Below, one piece after another: positions 26,501 through 32,375 of a stretch of DNA of 40,271 nucleotides. Position numbers and translations under genes: made by a program. Source of the stretch: Anaerolineales bacterium (GTDB taxonomy: Bacteria; Chloroflexota; Anaerolineae; Anaerolineales; DRMV01); NCBI GenBank assembly GCA_026985995.1, contig JALSPJ010000117.1, positions 1-40,271 on the forward strand. The letters run 5' to 3'. Every line of letters begins with the position of its first letter. Position 1 is the first letter of the stretch. The notes below the pieces were generated by a model. That model did no database searches and was not told the origin of the DNA. It saw only the letters and a list, made by a program, of their open reading frames with translations.

Positions 26501-27479
26501 AATGAGGGATAATCACACTCCTATGGACCTGCAGCGATTGTACGAAAAGAGCCTGGGCGTGTTCCATCAGGCCCTGGAAGAGGCCGAGGGCCGCGGCTGG
26601 CAAACCCTGGCCGCGGCGACGCGGGTCGATATCATCGAAACCCATTATTGGTACGCCTATTATTTGCGCCGTTGGCTTGCTCCAAAGCGGGATGACAAAA
26701 CGGCACAATTTACCCGGTCGCGCGGGCGCCTCCGACAGGCCATTCAGGACGGATTAAAGCTGATCGAGGAAGTTGTCGAGAAACAAGTTGTCCCTCGAGA
26801 GGCGGTGATTGCAGAGAAAGAAGAGGCCCAGCGCAGGCTGGAGGAGCGTCAAAAACTCGACCAAGACGGCCACCCCACTTTTAAGCCGCCCAAACGCAAG
26901 CCGGAACACACGCCCTATTGGAACCTGTTGGCCAAACGCTACCGTTTCGAGAGCGGTTTGTGGCTCGAACGCGCGTGGCTGGATTGGCTGCAGAAGGAAA
27001 GGACCACCAATGAAGAAGCGTTAGATATCGCGTCCCGCTCTCTGGTGAAGGCTGTGTTATATGGCCGCCTGTTCGGCCCCCAATCGCGCTCCATCCGCAT
27101 GGCTTTTCGCTTCGCGGAGCGCTATTTCCGGGAATGGCTCGACCCGAAACAAGGTGAAACGGATGAAGCAACGAAGCGGTGGGCAAAGGAGAACGCGCAT
27201 AAATTCTTTGCGTACATCCAGGGTTGGTGGGATATTTATCGGCGCAGTGACAATTTGAAAAATCTGATAGACAAAATCAAAGAGTGCCACTTTCAGGTTG
27301 CAGATTGTGACAAAATTTGCCAGGGCATTAGCGAGGAATGGCGCGCCTTCCAAGGCATCGCGGCCGACGACCATTCGGACCTGCCCCGCTGGCTGCACGA
27401 TGTCTACTTCCCGGAGGAGACCAACGGCAATGGCTCGAACGCTGTTCGTCACCACGCATCCCCCGGAGGCACTCCGTGA
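23529..27479 (+). CDS. Large STAND (AAA_16-type) NTPase with extensive TPR-like helical repeats; no recognisable effector or DNA-binding domain
   Basis: AAGGAGG 8 nt upstream of the ATG. DIFIGREKELQEI..LVIAIRAQGGLGKTRLLEEV, LVWALDTVERL, ILAGRE, ITLSAFTPGETKRFL, LTGGEPVRL (GxP). TPR-like block around aa 780-920 (NFLGYGYVVVGKFVQGAKFYRKSL.., ATLNNLGRAL.., YSLNTAALINNKLGR..). 1316 aa. Confidence 0.85.
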   Translation: MSQHPAVLPVQQRPDIFIGREKELQEIRKLLEDHQQTDRTLVIAIRAQGGLGKTRLLEEVLMRLGHPYVHERLGLQQAPVKEPWSFEKPRYLPSDILDFAWPELSVRSNFLEAMRKSFSWAQARGQLTFYEHERRLRDWQRALVGQYDVKQLQQLLSQVEEGFWRDLKAFKKEGIRLVWALDTVERLAVPLDSPIWGIWGSSPEERRKPLVTEEEALFITTFWLLHHLKQGSFGPAVLILAGRENEGEPFWNQLEQAAQKSGNFILKTITLSAFTPGETKRFLQRISNALPEQSPAKEHLQSLLQDEKSLAVLHRLTGGEPVRLAMYTDVLLTSDSIPIPLRKLAHQQIPDEEKERYQHVLEARFLDLLFRRAHEGDLASKILLALTRSPRGLSPCQVHFLLDAADDRKLKQWRPDPQRLEEIEATFHQLRRLTLLKIRQMFGEEFPNGHGNGFNGHGCPKEKTQWRLTLQDEVYRIVAQHLGQRRDDEEFQIEKEVRQRQYEKLQRWAEYKREAYHRQQHALFQKELAGWRMETPEQALRLRWPSLTIAEEKERWFIAQQMQFWEAEALHYYILRDPVAAWNSHYLDLGESRWYANHLEAELLLQHEVYFLIAQWSNLLRFAIWPERYAGNFTEKITRLQRAVRTEATVRWVKRFIGQREVKRAQQLALNIEEAIKKLVKPNRDEQQVDREAQRAWLHPLSWGERRIWHWYADILAGDVDTAKLEQFETLMADLERLWQTPPNQDVRLSGDLEGTPGWENVLKTVKGVRGMPMAPRLQRILAIGYNFLGYGYVVVGKFVQGAKFYRKSLYYMRDIKFPAQKAATLNNLGRALTDSGRPHEGLMLVYQALALREDLAAAVPYAYSLNTAALINNKLGRPLRALGQAARAAAMFRQAQEPRGLGLALVQVALAARRLAKSPDPGLLLMLRGEPQALLRMAEEAAREASDIFDPRHCDDTSQGQAAFTTVMGVCEPLRWIEALRVLGEIYQDQMRDNHTPMDLQRLYEKSLGVFHQALEEAEGRGWQTLAAATRVDIIETHYWYAYYLRRWLAPKRDDKTAQFTRSRGRLRQAIQDGLKLIEEVVEKQVVPREAVIAEKEEAQRRLEERQKLDQDGHPTFKPPKRKPEHTPYWNLLAKRYRFESGLWLERAWLDWLQKERTTNEEALDIASRSLVKAVLYGRLFGPQSRSIRMAFRFAERYFREWLDPKQGETDEATKRWAKENAHKFFAYIQGWWDIYRRSDNLKNLIDKIKECHFQVADCDKICQGISEEWRAFQGIAADDHSDLPRWLHDVYFPEETNGNGSNAVRHHASPGGTP

Positions 27480-28996
27480 ACGCTTTGCCAAATTCCCCTC
27501 GCGCGGCGCGGCCACAATTATGGGCGCGGCGTACTTTCCGCACCGTGGAAGACGATTGCGCCTGTGAGACCGCGCCTGCCAATGCGACGGGTGGGCTGCT
27601 CCATCGGGCGGCCATGGAAACGGCGATGGAAAACGACTGCGCGTGCCCAGCGCCAACGCCGGTGCGGCCTTTGCCCGCGGTCGACGCATCGGCTCCGCTC
27701 TTGACCCAGGTCGCTGAGGTATTGCAATGGCCCTTACGGCCAGGCTATTGGTTGCTCTTCAGCCCCTATACACCCCAGGGGCCGGTGGTGCTCAACGCAG
27801 CCGCGTATCGGCGCTGGCAGGCCTTTACCCAACCGCAGCCCATGGGGCACCCCATCGATGCGCAGCTGTGGGCCGCGGCCCTCATCTGGCCCCAGGGCAG
27901 CACACCGCCACCGCCGCCCATCACCCGGGCCACCACCCTGACCGCCTGGTTCCACCTTACGGACGCGTGCAACCTGGCTTGCCCCTATTGCTATGTGCGC
28001 AAGCGGCCCCGGGCCATGGCCTGGGAAACCGCGCGGCGGGCCGTGCACGACCTGGCGGCTTACGCGCGTCGTTATGGCTTCCAGGGCCTGAAGCTCAAAT
28101 ATGCCGGCGGCGAACCCACCCTCACCTGGGATTTGTTACAGCGGCTGCACCCCGAAGCGCGGCGCGTGGCCGAAAATGCGGGCCTGCAATTCCGGGCCGT
28201 GTTGCTCACCAACGCCACGCGCTTGACGGCCGAGCAGGTGCAATGGCTGCACCAGCAGCGCATCAAAGTCGCCATCTCGTTAGACGGCGTGGGCGACATT
28301 CACGACCGCGCCCGCCCCGCGGTCGATGGCCAAAGCGCGTTCCAACGCCTGGCGCATACGGTGGACCACATTCTGCTCCCCGCGGGCGTGCGGCCATCGG
28401 TCACCATCACCCTCACCCGCCAAAATGCACCTTACCTGGCCCAAACGCTGCAATGGGTTTTGGAGCGGGATTTGCCCTTCAGCATCAACTTCTATCGTCA
28501 ACCCTGGAACCTGCGCCCTCCGGAAGACCTGGCCCTGGAGGAAGAAACCATCATCCAGGGCATGCAAGCCGCCTTCCAGGTGCTGGAACGCTACCTCCCC
28601 ACCTGGCCGTTCCTCGATGGCTTGATGGACCGGGGCAGCGGCCTGCCCCACCAACATCCCTGCGGCGTGGGCCAGGCTTATCTGGTTATTACGCCTCAGG
28701 GACAAGTCGCGCCGTGCCACATGCGCCTGGAGGAAACCTTAGGCCCGGTTGGAGAACTCACCCCCGAAAAGCTGGCCCACGGCCCCATCCAAAACCTGCC
28801 CATGGACGCGCGCCCGGATTGCGCCTCCTGCCCCTTCCGCTATTTGTGCGCCGGGGGTTGTCCCCTGGAGACTTACCGCGCCACAGGGCGTTGGGATGCC
28901 CGCAACCCCAACTGCGCCATCTACCGCGCGCTGTACCCCGAAGCCCTGCGGCTGGAAGGGCTGCGCTTGCTCAAGGTGCACGGTCTGTTGGCCTGA
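27476..28996 (+). CDS. Radical SAM / SPASM-domain enzyme with 164-aa N-terminal extension (Cys motifs plus RRE/PqqD-like segment)
   Basis: CNLACPYCY (Cx3Cx2C, 27968-27991), GGEPTL, SPASM Cys clusters (HPCGVGQAYLVITPQGQVAPCH; CASCPFRYLCAGGCP; NPNCAIY). GTG 27476 overlaps the upstream TGA and has GGAGG 6 nt upstream. Alternative in-frame starts are GTG 27545 and ATG 27614. Confidence 0.8.
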   Translation: MNALPNSPRAARPQLWARRTFRTVEDDCACETAPANATGGLLHRAAMETAMENDCACPAPTPVRPLPAVDASAPLLTQVAEVLQWPLRPGYWLLFSPYTPQGPVVLNAAAYRRWQAFTQPQPMGHPIDAQLWAAALIWPQGSTPPPPPITRATTLTAWFHLTDACNLACPYCYVRKRPRAMAWETARRAVHDLAAYARRYGFQGLKLKYAGGEPTLTWDLLQRLHPEARRVAENAGLQFRAVLLTNATRLTAEQVQWLHQQRIKVAISLDGVGDIHDRARPAVDGQSAFQRLAHTVDHILLPAGVRPSVTITLTRQNAPYLAQTLQWVLERDLPFSINFYRQPWNLRPPEDLALEEETIIQGMQAAFQVLERYLPTWPFLDGLMDRGSGLPHQHPCGVGQAYLVITPQGQVAPCHMRLEETLGPVGELTPEKLAHGPIQNLPMDARPDCASCPFRYLCAGGCPLETYRATGRWDARNPNCAIYRALYPEALRLEGLRLLKVHGLLA

Positions 28997-29450
28997 GGCC
29001 CAGGTCCGTCAGAGGGCACGGGTGCGGCTCGTGGCGTTGGGCCTTCAGCAGGTGCACCACCTGCCACCCCCGGGCGCACAGGGCGTCGGCAATGAAGCGG
29101 CGATGGCACCGCCGCCAGTCCCGCTCCGCGCATAGCACCGCGGTGGGTTGCCGCGCGGCCAGGGCCTCCAGGTGCGCCAGGCCCCGGGCAAAGGCCTCGG
29201 TTTGCATGTAGGCCGGGTAAGGCGGCTGGGCATAGCCCCCCAACGCTTCCCCAAGCCAGTGGTAGCCCACGCCCTGGCGGGCCAGCGCGGCCGCCAACGC
29301 CTCCCGATTGAAATGCGGCCAGCGCCGGGAGCGGGGATACCGGCGCACATCTACCACCTGCTGCACGCCGGCCCCCTGCAATACGGCCCAAAAATCTTCC
29401 CACGAGCGGTTGCCATGTCCCACGGTGAACACGCGCCTTTTGTTGCCCAT
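28971..29450 (-). CDS. DUF488 family protein
   Basis: VFTVGHGNRSWEDF..VVDVRRYPRSRRWPHFN..YHWLGEALGG..AVLCAERDWRRCHRRFIADAL is the DUF488 pattern. ATG 29450 with GGAGG 6 nt upstream. The 3' end overlaps the radical SAM gene convergently by 26 nt. Confidence 0.8.
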   Translation of the reverse strand: MGNKRRVFTVGHGNRSWEDFWAVLQGAGVQQVVDVRRYPRSRRWPHFNREALAAALARQGVGYHWLGEALGGYAQPPYPAYMQTEAFARGLAHLEALAARQPTAVLCAERDWRRCHRRFIADALCARGWQVVHLLKAQRHEPHPCPLTDLGLRPTDRAP

Positions 29451-29484
29451 CGCGGCCTCCCGGGTCGTGGCTGGTTCCCCCACC

Positions 29485-29513
29485 ATGATAAAATGCTGAA
29501 ACCCGCAAGACAA
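29485..29513 (-). promoter_or_regulatory. Sigma70-like promoter for DUF488 (TTGTCT-17-TATCAT)
   Basis: Minus-strand hexamers with a 17-nt spacer. The -10 overlaps the plus-strand -10 of the SDR gene. Confidence 0.4.
29486..29494 (+). promoter_or_regulatory. Extended -10 promoter (TGATAAAAT) for the SDR gene
   Basis: The only AT-rich patch in the 82-nt divergent spacer, about 39 nt upstream of the ATG, which has GGGAGG. Confidence 0.4.
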
Positions 29514-29532
29514 GGCCCAAGGGAGGTGACCG

Positions 29533-30336
29533 ATGACGCAACAACCGGTGGCGGTGATTACCGGCGCGAGCGCGGGCATTGGCGCGGCCGCGGCGCGGCG
29601 TTTTGCCCGGGGCGGTTATCGGGTGGCCCTGGCTGCCCGCCGGGCCGAACGGCTGCAGGCCCTGGCCCAGGCCATTGCCCAGGAAGGCGGCCAGGCCCTA
29701 CCCTTGCCCACCGATGTGCGCCGGCCCGACCAGGTGCAGGCCCTGGCCCACGCCGTGCTCGAAACTTGGGGCCGGGTGGATGTGCTGGTCAACAACGCGG
29801 GGCTGGGCCGGCTGGCCGAACTCACCGCCCTGGACCCCGAGGCCGACATTCGCCTGCAGGTGGAAGTGAACCTGCTGGGCGCCATGTGGGTGGCCCGGGC
29901 CTTTCTGCCCGCCATGCAGCGCCAGCGCCGGGGCGTCATCATCAATGTGGCCTCGGTAGCCGGCTGGGTTGGCCTGCCCTTCTACACCGTGTACGCGGCC
30001 ACCAAGTTCGGCCTGCGGGGCTTCACCGAAGCGTTGCGCCGAGAGGTAGCCGACCACGGCATTCGGGTGGTGGGATGGTACCCGGGGCCGGTGCGCACCG
30101 AATTTGGCCAACATGCGTTTCGCGACGAACGGGTGCGGCCGCCCAAGCGGGGGCGCGGGGTGGCCCTGTCGGCCGAGCAGGCCGCGGAAGTGCTGTGGCG
30201 GCTGGCCCATCACCCTCGCCGCGGCCGCGTGTCGCCCTGGTGGATGAGCCCCTTGGTGTGGCTGAACGCGCACTTTCCGGCCCTGAGCGACGCGGTGCTG
30301 GTGCGTTGGGCCCGCCGGGTGCGCGCCGCGTCTTGA
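29533..30336 (+). CDS. Short-chain dehydrogenase/reductase (classical SDR)
   Basis: VAVITGASAGIGAAAARRFA (TGxxxGIG), NNAG, S..YAATK catalytic motif. Confidence 0.9.
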   Translation: MTQQPVAVITGASAGIGAAAARRFARGGYRVALAARRAERLQALAQAIAQEGGQALPLPTDVRRPDQVQALAHAVLETWGRVDVLVNNAGLGRLAELTALDPEADIRLQVEVNLLGAMWVARAFLPAMQRQRRGVIINVASVAGWVGLPFYTVYAATKFGLRGFTEALRREVADHGIRVVGWYPGPVRTEFGQHAFRDERVRPPKRGRGVALSAEQAAEVLWRLAHHPRRGRVSPWWMSPLVWLNAHFPALSDAVLVRWARRVRAAS

Positions 30337-30388
30337 AAAAGCGCGCGGCCCACGCCGGTTCCTCTTGGGGAACCCACGCGGGCCGCGG
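30336..30388 (-). terminator. Intrinsic terminator after dnaN (possibly bidirectional)
   Basis: Outer 8-bp stem 30344-30351/30381-30388 (cgcggccc/gggccgcg) and inner 6-bp stem ggttcc/ggaacc. On the minus strand it is followed by CGCTTTTTCAAGA. Confidence 0.55.
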
Positions 30389-30407
30389 CCGTGGCTCGAG
30401 GCCGGGC

Positions 30408-31535
30408 TTAGAGTTTGACCGGCATGATGAGGTGCAGAAAGTCGTCGCGCCCCACGGGCCGCAGCACGCCCGGGTTTTCGGGCGCGATGAGCTCCAAAGC
30501 CACATCGGGGGTGGGCACGGCTTCGACGGCCTCCCGCAAGAAGCGCACATTGAAGGCGATGGTGATGGCCGGGCCGTCGACCACCGCGGTCAGGCGGGAA
30601 GTGCTGGAGCCCTTCTCGTCCGCAGTGCCGCTGACCTCCACCACGCCGGGCGCATCGTCGCCGGGCTGAATGTCCAGCTTGACGATGTTGTTCCCCTCAC
30701 TGGCAAAGACCTCGGCTCGTCGACAGGCCGCCAGAAAGGCATCGCGCGCCACCACCACCCGGGTCTGATAGCCCTCAGGGATGATGCGCGGGTAGTCGGG
30801 AAACTTCCCGGCGATGAGCTGGGAGACTACTTCCACATGGTCCGTGCGGAAGACGGCCTGCTGGCGCTCGCTCAGCACGCCAAAGCGCACTTCGCCGGCG
30901 GTTTTGGAAGCAATGCGGGCCAGTTCGCTCAGGGCCCGGGCCGGGACTACCACCTGCCAGGTCACACCGGGGTCGGCTTCCAGGTCCAGACGGCGCACCG
31001 AAAGGCGGTAGCCATCGGTAGCGGCCAGCTCCAGGCGGGAGCCTTCCAAACGCACCGATACGCCCATGAGCACGGGCCGGGCGTCGTCCTTGGCCGCGGC
31101 GAAGACCACCTGCTGCACCACTTCCCGCCATTGCGCGGCCGGCAGGGTGACCGCGGTACCCTGGTCGTCGAGGTTCAGCGGGGGGAATTCGTCCGCGGGC
31201 AGGCAATGCAGGGTGTTCAGGCTGCCCGCGCAGGCCACCTGCAGAGTCTGGCTGTTTTCGTCGTAGGTCAGGTGCACCACATCGTTGGGCAGGGTGCTCA
31301 CCAGGCTGGAAAACAGGCGCTCCTCGACCGTGGTCGCGCCTTCTTCTTCAATGGCCTCGGGTTCCACCCAGCAGGTGATGGCCAGCTCCATGTCGGTGGC
31401 CGAAAGGCGCAGCCGCCCTTCGTCGGTGGCCAGCAGCACATTGCGCAGGATGGGGTTGCTGCTGCGGTGGTCGACCGCGCGGCCGACCACATTGAGCCCA
31501 TAGGCTAAATTGTCGCGGGGGACCGACACTTTCAT
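30408..31535 (-). CDS. dnaN: DNA polymerase III beta sliding clamp
   Basis: MKVSVPRDNLAYGLNVVGRAV..NPILRNVLLATDEGRLRLSATDMEL.., 375 aa. C-terminal LRPVG..DFLHLIMPVKL is typical. GGAGG 7 nt upstream of ATG 31535. Confidence 0.9.
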   Translation of the reverse strand: MKVSVPRDNLAYGLNVVGRAVDHRSSNPILRNVLLATDEGRLRLSATDMELAITCWVEPEAIEEEGATTVEERLFSSLVSTLPNDVVHLTYDENSQTLQVACAGSLNTLHCLPADEFPPLNLDDQGTAVTLPAAQWREVVQQVVFAAAKDDARPVLMGVSVRLEGSRLELAATDGYRLSVRRLDLEADPGVTWQVVVPARALSELARIASKTAGEVRFGVLSERQQAVFRTDHVEVVSQLIAGKFPDYPRIIPEGYQTRVVVARDAFLAACRRAEVFASEGNNIVKLDIQPGDDAPGVVEVSGTADEKGSSTSRLTAVVDGPAITIAFNVRFLREAVEAVPTPDVALELIAPENPGVLRPVGRDDFLHLIMPVKL

Positions 31536-31762
31536 CTCACGGCCTCCGTCGGGGGATATGACAAAGTATATCATAACGCTGGCATCAACAACACGGCGAC
31601 ACATCCAGGGCCTGGCACCACCAAGGCACCTGGCCTTTTGCGGTCCACGAATATGGCAAAAGGCGCGCCCATTGGGCGCTCGGTCAGGCAAAGTTACCGA
31701 TTTGCCAGCGGGCCTTTCTCGCTCCTGTCTTGCTCACAGCCCGTTTGGCGCCCCGAACCCTC

Positions 31763-31975
31763 TTACACGGCAACGGTCTCAAAGGTTACTTTCACCAGCT
31801 CTGTTTTCTCCTCCATAAAATTCAACTTCTCAAACCCTATCACCTTCCCCTTCTTGTCCTTCATCAAAACGATTCCCTCCCCCGTCTCTTCACACACATG
31901 CTCCTCTTCGGGGTTACCAAACCAAACCGTCAAAGTATTTCCTTCTCGGTCAAAATACACCTTTATCTCGGCCAT
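31763..31975 (-). CDS. DUF2283-family small protein (antitoxin-like partner)
   Basis: 70 aa. MAEIKVYFDREGNTLTVWF..GEGIVLMKDKKGKVIGFEKL is the DUF2283 pattern. Overlaps the upstream gene by 13 nt. Low G+C. Confidence 0.75.
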   Translation of the reverse strand: MAEIKVYFDREGNTLTVWFGNPEEEHVCEETGEGIVLMKDKKGKVIGFEKLNFMEEKTELVKVTFETVAV

Positions 31976-32289
31976 ACTCGTTTCCCTTCCTTTATCGCGT
32001 CGGTTGGATAAGTGGTTATCAAAAACCCTTCACCGTTGAGCCGCTTAGCGACCGCGCATACCCAACGCCCCAACCGCTCGGGCTTATAGAAAAGATACAC
32101 GCGCGGGTCCTTTTTGCTTACCCGTATCTCATCCGGATTGCGCAAAGTCTCTTGCACATCCGCTTCCCGTCCGCGCATCACGGGATGCTTGATTTCGGTA
32201 ATGATGCGCCAATAGGCTCTTGTCACGCGGACACGAAATCCCAAGGGAGTCTGCACTTCAAACAAAATACCACTGTTCTCTTGGGCCAT
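31963..32289 (-). CDS. Small toxin-like protein paired with DUF2283 (family not identified)
   Basis: 108 aa, basic; ILFEVQTPLGFRVRVTRAYWRIITEIKHP..LRNPDEIRVSKKDPRVYLFYK..GFLITTYPTDAIKEG. The position (toxin first, overlapping a DUF2283 gene) and the low-G+C islet support a TA module. Confidence 0.55.
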   Translation of the reverse strand: MAQENSGILFEVQTPLGFRVRVTRAYWRIITEIKHPVMRGREADVQETLRNPDEIRVSKKDPRVYLFYKPERLGRWVCAVAKRLNGEGFLITTYPTDAIKEGKRVWPR

Positions 32290-32295
32290 GCCTAA

Positions 32296-32304
32296 ATTTT
32301 AGCA
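32296..32304 (-). promoter_or_regulatory. Extended -10 promoter (TGCTAAAAT) giving a leaderless TA transcript
   Basis: The minus-strand -10 ends 7 nt before the A of ATG 32289, with no SD. Confidence 0.4.
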
Positions 32305-32375
32305 CAAGGCATCGTCCTGCGGCCGTGTCACCCACATCTACAATGCGCCAAACATCTGGCCAAAGAACCGCCGCC

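Noticed and set aside
27338-27567. ATG 27338 as the radical SAM start, and the mini-ORF MGAAYFPHRGRRLRL (27520-27567) as a precursor peptide
   Set aside because: A start at 27338 would overlap the STAND gene by 142 nt with no SD. The mini-ORF has no SD and no Cys/Ser/Thr-rich core, and lies out of frame within a stretch that looks translated in the radical SAM frame.
28971-28996. 26-nt convergent overlap of the radical SAM and DUF488 genes as a regulatory feature
   Set aside because: It may simply reflect a poorly conserved DUF488 C-terminal tail or compact gene packing. No structure or motif is visible in the overlap.
29148-31508. 786-aa plus-strand ORF spanning DUF488, SDR and dnaN
   Set aside because: It is out of frame with or antisense to three well-supported genes, and the sequence is low complexity.
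31536-31762. Replication origin next to dnaN
   Set aside because: No dnaA gene is adjacent, and I find no cluster of TTATCCACA-like DnaA boxes or an AT-rich unwinding element. The spacer only shows small hairpins and promoter-like AT patches.
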